Below are positions 17,841 through 26,932 of a stretch of DNA of 64,000 bases, one piece after another. The stretch comes from Nitrospirota bacterium (GTDB lineage: Bacteria > Nitrospirota > UBA9217). How positions within the stretch are numbered: position 1 is the stretch's first letter; the number at the start of each line of letters is the position of its first letter. The notes beneath the pieces were generated by a model. The model did not search any database, was not told the origin of the DNA, and was given only the letters and a program-made list of their open reading frames with translations. The stretch is from NCBI GenBank assembly GCA_963751455.1, contig CAVVUN010000001.1:480001-544000 (forward strand), in the 5' to 3' direction. The position numbers were made by a program, and so were the translations under genes.

Positions 17841-19406
17841 TTATCCTAATTGAATCTTCTTAGTGCGAATAAAATCCAGATCCCTCGAGAACAGATCCCT
17901 GATATCCTGTATCCCCAGGGCCACCATTGCCATGCGGTCGAGCCCCAGCCCCCACGCGATGACGGGAACATTCACGCCAAGCGGCACCGTGACCTCCGGC
18001 CGAAACATGCCGGCTCCACCCAACTCCATCCAGCCCAGTTCGGGATGCTTCACATGCAGCTCAACCGAAGGTTCCGTAAAAGGAAAGTAGGCCGGACGGA
18101 ACTGAAACTCCCCTGCTCTGGCAATCTCCTGGCCGAAAAGTTTGAGCAGCCCAAGCAGCGTTTTGAAGTTAATGTCTTCACCGACAACGATTCCTTCAAC
18201 CTGGTAGAAGTCGGGGGCATGCGTTGCATCTACAGCGTCATACCGGAAGCAGCGGGCAATCGAAAAATATTTTCCAGGTATCTTCGGCCCAGCTGCAAGG
18301 GTGCGGGCTGATACCGCAGTGCCCTGGCTGCGCAAGATCAGCCTCTTGGACCTCTCGAAGTCGAAAGGATAGCGCCACCCGGTCGAACCGGTCTTGCCGC
18401 CGTTCTTGTGGGCGGCCGCTACCTGCTTGCCAAAAGGCTCTTCAATCCTGCTGCTATACGCAGGTTCTTTCACGAAATACACGTCATGGATGTTCCTGGC
18501 AGGATGGAACTGCGGCATGTACAGGGCGTCCATGTCCCAGAACTCGTTCTCCACGAGCGGGCCGCGCATTTCCTCAAAGCCCATGCCGATGAACTTGTAC
18601 TTTACAAAATCGAGAAATTCCTTATACGGGTGCTTTTTGCCGATACTCTGCCTCGGCGGCTTGAGTGAGATGTTGTACGCACGGAATTTCTTGTTCTTCC
18701 ACGACCCGGACTTGAGCAAGTCAGGCGTTACTGCCGATTCTTCTTCAGCTACTGCGCCGCGCTCCTTCAGAAGACGAAGCAGCTCTTTTCCATCTGTTGT
18801 CAGGCTGTATAAACGGTTTTTCTTCTCAGTGATGCGGAAGATGCCCTTTGCTTTCCCACGCTTATGGAAGTTCTCCTGAATGACTGCTTGTTTCTCTTTC
18901 GGAAATCCCGATAGAGAGATGGAAGGGCCGGCTGCTGCGTCTTTGATGACTTCTGCCACAAAATCATAGCGGCTCAAATCGGAATCTTTATTCAGCTCAA
19001 GCACACCGCCCTGGATGATTCTTATCACTCCGTTGTTCTTAAGTTCTCCTGTAGCGGAGCTGACCTCCGTGGGCTCCATGCCCCAGGACTGGATTACGTC
19101 CTTGACCGTGAATTGTTTTCCTTCCTTGAGCGCATTGATGATGCGCATCTCAGGCGTGCCTTTTCCGAGGTATTCCGTGCCGGTTTCAGTGAGAGAAACA
19201 GAGGAGGTAACCGACTCATCTTTAACATCGAGCAGCCCTTTCGGCTGGAGCCACCCCGAAGCCATATCCAGTCGGGATTCATCCAGTCCGGATGCCGCCA
19301 ACAGGTCCTGCGAAGATAAAACAGGGGCGCGGTCGAAGCTGAGGATCACTTTGTATTCAAGCGGATGGAGACTTTCGAGCAGTTTTATAAGGTCTTCTGT
19401 AGCCAT
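17841..19406 (-). CDS. pheS: Phenylalanyl-tRNA synthetase alpha subunit, long archaeal/eukaryotic-type
   Basis: 521 aa with N-terminal extension; FWDMDALYMPQFHPAR, RPAYFPFTEPS, WMELGGAGMFRPE, AWGLGLDR. Confidence 0.95.
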   Translation of the reverse strand: MATEDLIKLLESLHPLEYKVILSFDRAPVLSSQDLLAASGLDESRLDMASGWLQPKGLLDVKDESVTSSVSLTETGTEYLGKGTPEMRIINALKEGKQFTVKDVIQSWGMEPTEVSSATGELKNNGVIRIIQGGVLELNKDSDLSRYDFVAEVIKDAAAGPSISLSGFPKEKQAVIQENFHKRGKAKGIFRITEKKNRLYSLTTDGKELLRLLKERGAVAEEESAVTPDLLKSGSWKNKKFRAYNISLKPPRQSIGKKHPYKEFLDFVKYKFIGMGFEEMRGPLVENEFWDMDALYMPQFHPARNIHDVYFVKEPAYSSRIEEPFGKQVAAAHKNGGKTGSTGWRYPFDFERSKRLILRSQGTAVSARTLAAGPKIPGKYFSIARCFRYDAVDATHAPDFYQVEGIVVGEDINFKTLLGLLKLFGQEIARAGEFQFRPAYFPFTEPSVELHVKHPELGWMELGGAGMFRPEVTVPLGVNVPVIAWGLGLDRMAMVALGIQDIRDLFSRDLDFIRTKKIQLG

Positions 19407-19494
19407 AAGATGCGGTCAAGATTACGTTGATTGAAAATATTTGTCAAGAAAAAACACATTGACGACGCTCAAGGCAGTGTGTTAAGGTACGCGC

Positions 19495-19905
19495 ATGGGA
19501 AGTATGAAAATCAAACCGAGATTAAGCTACTTGTTGTTATGCGACGACGTGCGGCAGGAACTTGGCGGCAAGTTCAGCCTGATGGGCTTGTTCGAGAATA
19601 TCTACGCGAATTCCTTCCCGGCCGTCCATCCGCGCTTTGCAATAGTGAGCGAATGGACCAGCGGCAAGGGCGAATTCAGTGTGAAGATCCGCCTCCTCTC
19701 GCCGAACAAGCAGGAGGTCCTTTCGGAATCGGAGTCGAAAATAAGCCTCTACAGCGAAACCCAGCGGCATAGGGACATCTCGATCCGGTTCAACACTACC
19801 TTCAGCGTACAGGGTACATACTGGATTGAGACCCTGCTCGATGGTGAACGCGTCAGTCTCGTGGGGCTTCCCCTCCAGACAGTTTCCGATAAGAACGTAC
19901 ACTGA
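19495..19905 (+). CDS. Small conserved beta-rich protein (DUF6941-like)
   Basis: LLCDDVRQELGGKFSLMGLFENI...GTYWIE. Confidence 0.65.
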   Translation: MGSMKIKPRLSYLLLCDDVRQELGGKFSLMGLFENIYANSFPAVHPRFAIVSEWTSGKGEFSVKIRLLSPNKQEVLSESESKISLYSETQRHRDISIRFNTTFSVQGTYWIETLLDGERVSLVGLPLQTVSDKNVH

Positions 19906-20089
19906 TCACAAAACAATCTAATCCAAAAACCTTTTAACCACGGAGAACTGAGAGCACGAAGAAGTTCAGAATCAGATTTATTTGCGCTTTTTGTTTATGC
20001 CCGCGTTTTGGCAACAGCAGGGTATGCATCTTTGCGGCAATGTCTCCTGCATTTTTTAATCTAAACTGCTGATTCTTGTAGCGGGCTTC

Positions 20090-20743
20090 CTACTCGATTG
20101 TAATGAACGGAGAGACGCCTGCCTTCGCCCGGAGTTCTTTCTGAAGTTTTTCCGCTGCCGCCTTGTTCGAAAAACTGCCGACCCTTACCCGGTACCATGT
20201 ACCCTTGCCCTCAAGCTGTGAGGTCACAACAAAAGCGGAATAGCCGCGCTGCTTCATCTTTTTTACGTCCTCTGCGGCCATCTGCTTCTCCTGGTATGAA
20301 GAGATCTGAAGCGTGTACCGAAGCTTGGAATTCGGGCTTTCCGGTTTCTTCGGTTGGGCCGCTGGCTTTGGCGTTCCTGGTTTCGCTGCCTGCGCTATGT
20401 CCTTTTCAGTTTTAACTTCAACTTGTTTAGGTTGGACTTTATCGGGTTTCAGCTCAATCGCCTTTTTTTCCACTGGCTTTTCAGCGGCTGGTTTAGGTTT
20501 AAGTTCTATTGAAACCGTCCTTTCCTGCTTATCGGACAGCGTTTTATAGAATGTAAAGTCTTCCTGCTTCTGCGGATTTTTGGGCTCAATGTCGGGCAGT
20601 GGAATAGCCGTTTCAGCCTGCATCACCGGCTTGCCGTGGTATTTGCCGACATAGTAGCCGAGAGCAAAAAAACCTGCCATAACCGCCAGCGCGACAGGAA
20701 TGAGGAATATACTGGATATGATTCCGCCTCGTTGATTGTTCAT
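20090..20743 (-). CDS. SPOR-domain cell division protein (FtsN/DedD-like)
   Basis: N-terminal TM, FTFYKTL, YTLQISSY...WYRVRVGSF. Confidence 0.85.
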   Translation of the reverse strand: MNNQRGGIISSIFLIPVALAVMAGFFALGYYVGKYHGKPVMQAETAIPLPDIEPKNPQKQEDFTFYKTLSDKQERTVSIELKPKPAAEKPVEKKAIELKPDKVQPKQVEVKTEKDIAQAAKPGTPKPAAQPKKPESPNSKLRYTLQISSYQEKQMAAEDVKKMKQRGYSAFVVTSQLEGKGTWYRVRVGSFSNKAAAEKLQKELRAKAGVSPFITIE

Positions 20744-20760
20744 AATTCTCCCAAAGCTCC

Positions 20761-20835
20761 AGGATACACAATGCACGATCCATCATAGCTGCTTTTTACA
20801 TGCATCATGCATCATGAATCCTGCATCCTGCATCT
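20761..20835. repeat. Heptamer arrays (TGCATCA/TGCATCC)
   Basis: atgcatcatgcatcatgaatcctgcatcctgcatc, with a degenerate opposite arm upstream. Confidence 0.7.
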
Positions 20836-20839
20836 CGAT

Positions 20840-21883
20840 TTAAAGTATCATCATCGCATCGCCATAACTGTAAAAACGGTACTTCTCGGAAACCGCGGTC
20901 CGGTACGCGGATAGAATCTGTTCCCTGCCCGTAAATGCCGCTACCAGCATCAGCAACGTCGACTTCGGCAGATGGAAATTTGTGATGATGGCGTCCGTTA
21001 TCTTGAAGCAATATCCGGGGTAAACGAACAATTCGGAGCTACCCGCCCCCGATTGTACCGTGTTATTCCGTCCCGCGGCGCTTTCTATTGTGCGAACGCT
21101 TGTGGTGCCTATAGCGACAACACGCCTTCCCTCAGCCTTCGCCCGATTTATCGCCGCAGCCGCCTGTTCCGATATTTGATAGCGTTCCGGAAGCATCCGG
21201 TGATCTGCGACCATCTCCGTTTTGACCGGCTGGAACGTACCGGGTCCCACATGAAGCGTGATTTCAGCAGATTCGATTCCTTTCACTTTCAATCTCGAGA
21301 GCAGGTCGGGTGTAAAGTGAAGTCCTGCCGTAGGGGCAGCGACCGCGCCTTCATGCGCGGCATACACCGTTTGATAACGCTCGTGATCTTCACGGGAAGG
21401 TTCGCGTTTGATATAAGGGGGAAGCGGGGTCCTGCCGACCTTCGAGAGCTCCTGCTTGATATCAACAGAGCCGTAAAATCGAACGTCTTTCGTGCCGTCC
21501 CCGTTATCGGCAATGATCTCGCCGGATATCCGGGAATCAATCGTCAGTGTTTTTCCGGTTCTTGTTTCCCCCTTGGTGAGCGCATTCCAGACATTAATTC
21601 CGCGTTCAAACAAAAGAAATATCTCAGCTTTGCCTCCTCCCGGCTTTATTGCAGGAAGTCTGCAAGGAAATACTTTTGTGTTGTTGAGAACAAGAAGATC
21701 GCCGGGAATGAGATAGTTTTCAATACCGGAAAAGTTCCGGTGCTCCATCGTCTCAGTTCCCCGCTTCAGGACCATGAGACGCGATCGGTCACGCACGGAG
21801 CAGGGCTGCTGCGCTATCAGGGATTCAGGGAGGTCAAAATCGAAATCGGAAAGCCTGAGGGATTCCGTAACTGGAGTGATCAT
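20840..21883 (-). CDS. queA: S-adenosylmethionine:tRNA ribosyltransferase-isomerase
   Basis: DFDFDLPESLIAQ, PLPPYIKR, GAVAAPTAGLHF, TNFHLPKSTL, YRFYSYGDAM. Confidence 0.98.
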   Translation of the reverse strand: MITPVTESLRLSDFDFDLPESLIAQQPCSVRDRSRLMVLKRGTETMEHRNFSGIENYLIPGDLLVLNNTKVFPCRLPAIKPGGGKAEIFLLFERGINVWNALTKGETRTGKTLTIDSRISGEIIADNGDGTKDVRFYGSVDIKQELSKVGRTPLPPYIKREPSREDHERYQTVYAAHEGAVAAPTAGLHFTPDLLSRLKVKGIESAEITLHVGPGTFQPVKTEMVADHRMLPERYQISEQAAAAINRAKAEGRRVVAIGTTSVRTIESAAGRNNTVQSGAGSSELFVYPGYCFKITDAIITNFHLPKSTLLMLVAAFTGREQILSAYRTAVSEKYRFYSYGDAMMIL

Positions 21884-22044
21884 GGAGCGATATTACCACA
21901 ACATGAACGAAATTCCAATTAACAACTGTAGAGAGTACACCTATTACTGTGCAATTCCAGTCAGAGGAGACCAATTGACAAATACTGGTTGTAACTTGCA
22001 CGCGCGTGTGAGGGGCCGGGCGGGTTCTTCGCCCGCGACCCTCT

Positions 22045-24177
22045 TCCGTAGGAGCAGCGGTTGCCCGCCGCTCCCCCCACAGATCCGGACGTGCCTAATT
22101 AGGGCATCCGGTTCTTCAGTCGCTACGAGCCTTAGCCCGTGTCGAACCAAACAGGCGTCCCCGTTTGGCGCATAACTTTTGCTGTCCGTGGCTCGGTCAG
22201 ATGTTGTGGATGAGCCTGGGCTTCGGAAGCGGATACGCTTTCCGAAAGACTTTGTCAAACGTCTCGACGTTCACATAGCTTCTATTGCTGCGCCTGCTAA
22301 GCCAGTATCGCCAGGCACGCTCGATATGCTCGAAAACGACTTCGAGCATTTTGTAATTGCCCCGGATGCCGTAGTACTGGTAATAGCCGCGCAGCTTGGA
22401 GCGGAGCATACCGTGTTGCTCCTTTACAGGGTCATGCCGGTTTTCACGGCACCACTCCCATATGGCTTTCATGAATCTTCGGAGACGCTTGCCGATGGTT
22501 TTACGCTTAATAACCCAGTATCCACTAAGTGCTTTCGCCCAGTAATGGGTGAATCCGAGAAAGTCGAATGTCCCGTTTTCCTTTTCCGTCTCCTCTTTCG
22601 GGGACGGCTGGATAAACCGAACCAGTTTCGTCTTTTCGGGATGAACGGTCAGGTTGTAACGGCCGAACCGTTTCAGCAGGACTTCCAGCACTCGGCGGGC
22701 GTCGGCTTCTTGCTCGAAACCGATGATAAAATCATCGGCATACCGAATCAGAAAGCTCTTTCCCTTGAGGCGTGGCTGCACGTCCTGTACGAACCATTCA
22801 TCCAGCACGTAGTGCAGGAATATATTGGCAAGCATCGGCGATGCTACCCCGCCCTGCGGCGTGCCTTTGTCGGGGTAGATCATTTCACCGGCGTCAAGCA
22901 CTCCGGCATTGAGCCACTTGCCGATGAGCCTTAATATTCCTCCATCCTTCACTTTCTTCTCGATGAAGCTCCTGAGAAGACCGTGATTGATGGTATCGAA
23001 AAATCCGCTTACATCCGCATCCACTATCCAGTTGATGTTCAGCTTTATGCACTGCTCTCGTAGCTCCCGTATCGCCTGATGCTGACTGTGACCTTTTCTG
23101 AAGCCGGGAGAGAACGGGTGGAATAGCGGCTCGAAAATAGTCCCCAGGATCATTACCACCGCTCGTTGGACGATTTTGTCCTCGTAGCAGGGTTTGCCTA
23201 TGGGTCTCTTCTTTCCGCCTTCCTTTTCGATCCATACCCGTTCGACGGGTGGCGCCACGTAACGGTTTGATTTGAGCCGTTCGTGCAGTTCCCGGAGGTT
23301 TGCGTCAAGGTCTTCGGCATATTGCTTTGCCGTGACCTTGTCAATTTCCGGAGCGCTGCTTCTGCTCGTCCGTCGGTAGGCTTCCGATAGAAGGTCGTAG
23401 TCTATCAAATGATACAGGTTGTTGAACACCATCTCCGGATAGTTCCGTGCCTGTTCCGCAATCTTCTGAAGTTTCGGTGATATGATTGGCGATCCCGGAG
23501 TATCTCTCATAGTTCCTTCCAGAAGACGTTATGCCCGGCCTCTCCTTCCCTTGAGTGGGTCCCTTGGACCTCGGTTCCCCACCTTCCCAGCCTCCGGATA
23601 TTTTCGGGGCCATCGGTACTATGATCGGCTAAGATTGCCTGACGCCCGTCTCACAGCGCTTCGCTTGCCGCTGGCGCTGCGATACCATGCTTTGCTCTCT
23701 GGTTTCGCTCGTCGGCAATAGAGAGCGCATTGCCGACGCCGTGGACTTTGTTCCCCCGGTGTCCTTCCGGCCATTCAGCATGGAGACATCCGGCCCTCCC
23801 AAGTCTCCGAGTTATCCCCTTGTGTGCGTGCCACGATCTAAGACCCCGGTGGTGTCCTCTCGGCTCGCCATAGCGCCTTCAAGGACTGTTGCCTTCCGCT
23901 GCGTCGAGTACGTCGGCTTTCCCTCCTATATTTTGGAGGTTATCCTACTGACCACAACCATACCTATTTCGGGATTCAATAACACGGCCCGCATACTTGC
24001 TCCACCCAGCTTTAATACCTTCCCTCACGAGAACGCACCTGGGCTTCGCTACCGACCTGCCGGCTCAGCTTTAGTCGGATGGGACTTGCGTCGCTTCGAC
24101 TCGCACCCACTGGATAACAATGACAGATTTCGTAGGATCGCTCCTATTCCCGCTGCCTCGGATTTATCTTGGCGCTA
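22045..24177 (-). mobile_element. Group II intron (bacterial class E-like); ends approximate
   Basis: Domain V GAAGAACCGGATGCCCTAATTAGGCACGTCCGGATCT (22081-22117) followed by a domain VI hairpin; about 670-nt structured 5' region; 5' end near TAGCGCC. Confidence 0.88.
22197..23510 (-). CDS. ltrA: Group II intron reverse transcriptase/maturase (no endonuclease domain)
   Basis: KRPIG, DKIVQRA, DADVSGFFD, GTPQGG, RYADDF, FDFLGF, X domain LRGYYQYY. Confidence 0.95.
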   Translation of the reverse strand: MRDTPGSPIISPKLQKIAEQARNYPEMVFNNLYHLIDYDLLSEAYRRTSRSSAPEIDKVTAKQYAEDLDANLRELHERLKSNRYVAPPVERVWIEKEGGKKRPIGKPCYEDKIVQRAVVMILGTIFEPLFHPFSPGFRKGHSQHQAIRELREQCIKLNINWIVDADVSGFFDTINHGLLRSFIEKKVKDGGILRLIGKWLNAGVLDAGEMIYPDKGTPQGGVASPMLANIFLHYVLDEWFVQDVQPRLKGKSFLIRYADDFIIGFEQEADARRVLEVLLKRFGRYNLTVHPEKTKLVRFIQPSPKEETEKENGTFDFLGFTHYWAKALSGYWVIKRKTIGKRLRRFMKAIWEWCRENRHDPVKEQHGMLRSKLRGYYQYYGIRGNYKMLEVVFEHIERAWRYWLSRRSNRSYVNVETFDKVFRKAYPLPKPRLIHNI

Positions 24178-24198
24178 CGACGCGATGGTTGGAATTTA

Positions 24199-24420
24199 TC
24201 AGGCAGGGGCTTTGGTCAGCTTCTTCTGATGTTTTATGACGGTAGACAATGAGCGGAGAGCTTGATTGACGGAATCGTGATCAGGGAAATATTTTGCGAC
24301 ATCGGGTTCAATTACAACCACATTTGTTCCGGCAGCGTATCGCTTCGTATATTTCCCGCGAACTCCCTTGCTGAAGTCATACTCTTCAAGCATGTCTGGA
24401 TCTTTTTGCATTTTCTTCAT
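24199..24420 (-). CDS. BrnA-like antitoxin
   Basis: DMLEEYDFSKGVRGKY...VVIEPDVAKYFPD..SVNQALR; overlaps the toxin gene. Confidence 0.8.
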   Translation of the reverse strand: MKKMQKDPDMLEEYDFSKGVRGKYTKRYAAGTNVVVIEPDVAKYFPDHDSVNQALRSLSTVIKHQKKLTKAPA

Positions 24421-24682
24421 AGGTTTCTCTTTCATGTTTTGTCGCCTTTCTCGCGCTGATCAGACGTATTTTATCACCCCGCTCCGTATGCGCTACGACC
24501 AGTAGCCGATCCTGATGCGAGTTGCCGATGAGTATCAGGCGGTCTTCATCGGCGGAATGAAGCGGGTCGAAGATCGTCAATGACATAGTATCTTTGAAAG
24601 CTGTGCTGGCCTCATCAAAGGTAATGCCATGAACTCGAACATTTCTTTTTGCCTTTATCGGGTCCCATTCAAAGGAAAGCAT
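24386..24682 (-). CDS. BrnT-family ribonuclease toxin
   Basis: FEWDPIKAKRNVRVHGITFDEA...HSADEDR...IRLISARKAT. Confidence 0.9.
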   Translation of the reverse strand: MLSFEWDPIKAKRNVRVHGITFDEASTAFKDTMSLTIFDPLHSADEDRLILIGNSHQDRLLVVAHTERGDKIRLISARKATKHERETYEENAKRSRHA

Positions 24683-25640
24683 CGTCCACCGTATCTGGTA
24701 TTCGACTTACTGTAAATATTTTAACATATAAGATGAGGCGATAGGAAGTAATAATTTGATTAGGGTTGTAAAGGGAGGCGCGGCTGTTGGTCGCTCCGGT
24801 CGACGAGAGAACCTTTAGGGTCAAGTCTTTTTCGTTGCATTTTCGTATTCACGAAGCCAGCGGCTGATCGTCGAGTAGTGGACGGCCACATGGCGGGCTA
24901 GTTCACTCTGATGATAACCGTATTTTTCCACGGCCTCGGACACCTTTTTCATCAGTTTGCGATGATTGTTCATGACTGAGTCGGGCAGCAAAACGGCAAG
25001 CGACGGTCGAGTCGAATATCGCTGACTCCGGGGAATTTCGGGAATGTCCTTGTGTTTTTTGAGATAATCTGTAAGCTTATCTACGAAATCGTCCTCACCT
25101 AAAAGCGCTTGGCCTCGCACTTCCGTCCAGATCGTCTTCTTTCCGATACCCCACTGAACGAACTGGCGATACTCTTTTTCCGCTTTATCTCGTTTTCTGC
25201 TGAATTGACCGAGCACCCAGTCCTTTGTGAGGCAGGGATGAGGTTCTGCCTTACCCGCCGTCGCAAGGTAACTGGACCACTTCCAGTCTTCCGGCGCTTC
25301 GACCATCCTTGCTCTTACCGAATTTAGAACCACATATCGGCAGACCTCAAGGAGATGACTGTCTTTCTGGATCAAGATAGCCTTATACCGGCCCTGGAAT
25401 AAATGCCCGGACCTTCCGTGATACTTGTTGAAAAGTTGCGTATACACTCCGTTCAATTGGCGCATACCGAGAGAAAGATTGCCTTCCGGGGTCTCGATAA
25501 GAAGGTGGTAATGATTTGTCATGAGGCAATACGCATGACAGATCCAATTGTACCGCTTGTTGACGTGCTGGACCGTGTTCAGGAAGTTTTCGCGGTCCTG
25601 GTCGTTTTTGAATACGGGCTTCTTCTCATTGCCACGAGAA

Positions 25641-26258
25641 GTTATAACGCTCCCTCAAAGAGGGAGGCTTAACGGTTGTGAGCCGTCTCAAAGACGGCCG
25701 TTGCGTTGGTTGCTAGAACTTCCCTTCATCGCGATCATTGTCAGTCTTTTCTTGTTCAGCGATGTACTTTTTAATACGCTCAAGCTCAAAGCCTACGGTA
25801 GACGCCGCATAGCCTCTTGCCCAAAGATTCTCTCCGCTGAAATTTCGTTGCTTCCCTCCAAATTGTCTCGCCACGGCTATGGCACTCTTTCCTTTCAAAT
25901 AGCCGATCACTTCTGCAACCGCGAGCTTGGGCGGGATCGTGATGCACATGTGCACATGATCTTTTGCTATATGACCTGATTCTATTTCACATCCCTTTTG
26001 CCTGGCCAATTCGTGGAACGCACCTTTCAAATACTGCCGAATCTGGCCAAACAATGCCTTCTTCCTATACTTCGGCACAAACACTACATGATATTTACAA
26101 TCATACCGTGAATGTGCTAAATTCTTGTACTCACTCATATATTCCTCCTCTTTGTCCTTGGCAACCGTCAAGCCTCAGAGGAGGAATACATTACTTAATG
26201 CTGTGAGGTCAAACCTTTTCAAGTCTCACTGGTAAAACCAGTGGCTTACCTATTTTGA
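25641..26258 (-). mobile_element. IS200/IS605-family (tnpA-only) insertion sequence, 618 bp
   Basis: Subterminal hairpins cactggtaaaaccagtg and ctccctcaaagagggag; inserted 3' of TAAC and ends in TAAC. Confidence 0.9.
25713..26138 (-). CDS. tnpA: IS200-type TnpA (HUH/Y1) transposase
   Basis: CKYHVVFVPKYR, DHVHM, YLKGKS, WARGY, YIAEQ. Confidence 0.95.
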   Translation of the reverse strand: MSEYKNLAHSRYDCKYHVVFVPKYRKKALFGQIRQYLKGAFHELARQKGCEIESGHIAKDHVHMCITIPPKLAVAEVIGYLKGKSAIAVARQFGGKQRNFSGENLWARGYAASTVGFELERIKKYIAEQEKTDNDRDEGKF

Positions 26259-26654
26259 GTTACGTGATAGACCGCACCGGCATATTCTATTCTTAGAGGT
26301 CGGGCCATGGGTCGACTGTAGCAGAAATCAGAATGAAATGCAACGAAAAAGACTTGACCCTAAAGGTTCCCTTGGAAATGAGAAGATGTACGTTTTTTGC
26401 TTTTTCTTATTTTTATTTTTTTAACCATACGAATTAGCCGACCGGCCCGGAGTCTGTCTGGTAGACGACTTCGAACGGGACAAGATGCTTTCCCCTGCCT
26501 TGCTGCTCACAAATTTTAGTGAAGTTCCCGCCCCCCAATGACAAAAGGCGACCGTATAGGAACAGGGTCGCCAGCGAATATTCAATTGCATACCGATAAA
26601 TCAGCGTTTTCTGCTACTAAGATAGGTCGAGTATAGCCACACCATATAGTGCTG

Positions 26655-26804
26655 TCAAGGTAGATACCCACGGGCTTACGCCCGTGGCACTTGAATTCAA
26701 AAGAAGCACCCCCTCCTAACTCCCCCTGAAGGAGGAGGGAAACAAGAGGGACGCATTCAACCACGGGCTAACGCCACGTGGTCTTCTGCTTCGTTTTGGA
26801 TAAA
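26655..26804. mobile_element. Non-autonomous IS200/IS605-derived (PATE-like) element
   Basis: Two similar hairpins, ccacgggcttacgcccgtgg and ccacgggctaacgccacgtgg, in direct orientation; no transposase; CCCCTCC..CTCCCC REP-like sequence between them. Confidence 0.6.
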
Positions 26805-26869
26805 ATTGGCACTACATTTAGTACAAAGTCACAAATGATTGTATATATTATATTTTTTCTTGCTTGATA

Positions 26870-26930
26870 TGGTATATTATGTGTGTTATATTTCTCATTT
26901 CTTGAGAATTAAATCGCTCGTAATATACCA
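26870..26930. promoter_or_regulatory. Dyad operator upstream of abiEi
   Basis: TGGTATATTA/TAATATACCA and TTCTCA/TGAGAA are both symmetric about 26900. Confidence 0.65.
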
Positions 26931-26932
26931 AA

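Larger units (their letters stand above)
24821..26308 (-). pseudogene. REP-associated tyrosine (HUH/Y1) transposase-like gene with C-terminal HTH, interrupted by an IS200-type element
   Basis: Removing 25641-26258 restores MARPLRIEYAGAVYHVTSRGN...YCLMTNHYHLL...GHLFQGRY...WKWSSY...HYSTISR (289 aa). Confidence 0.9.
24809..26369 (-). mobile_element. RAYT-like element bounded by perfect 34-bp inverted repeats
   Basis: 24809-24842 GAACCTTTAGGGTCAAGTCTTTTTCGTTGCATTT is the exact reverse complement of 26336-26369. Confidence 0.85.

Noticed and set aside
21944-22934. ORFs 21944-22258 (-) and 22179-22934 (+)
   Set aside because: They overlap intron domains V/VI or the antisense strand of the RT gene.
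22197-23510. RT as a retron, DGR or defence RT
   Set aside because: It has a maturase X domain and adjacent domain V/VI RNA, consistent with an ordinary group II intron; no template/variable repeat pair was seen.
26370-26640. Possible riboswitch or sRNA, and a short Lys-rich ORF cut by the RAYT element
   Set aside because: Only a terminator-like hairpin (ggcgacc...ggtcgcc) is clear. I could not match a known riboswitch consensus, and rejoining the flanks gave no convincing protein.
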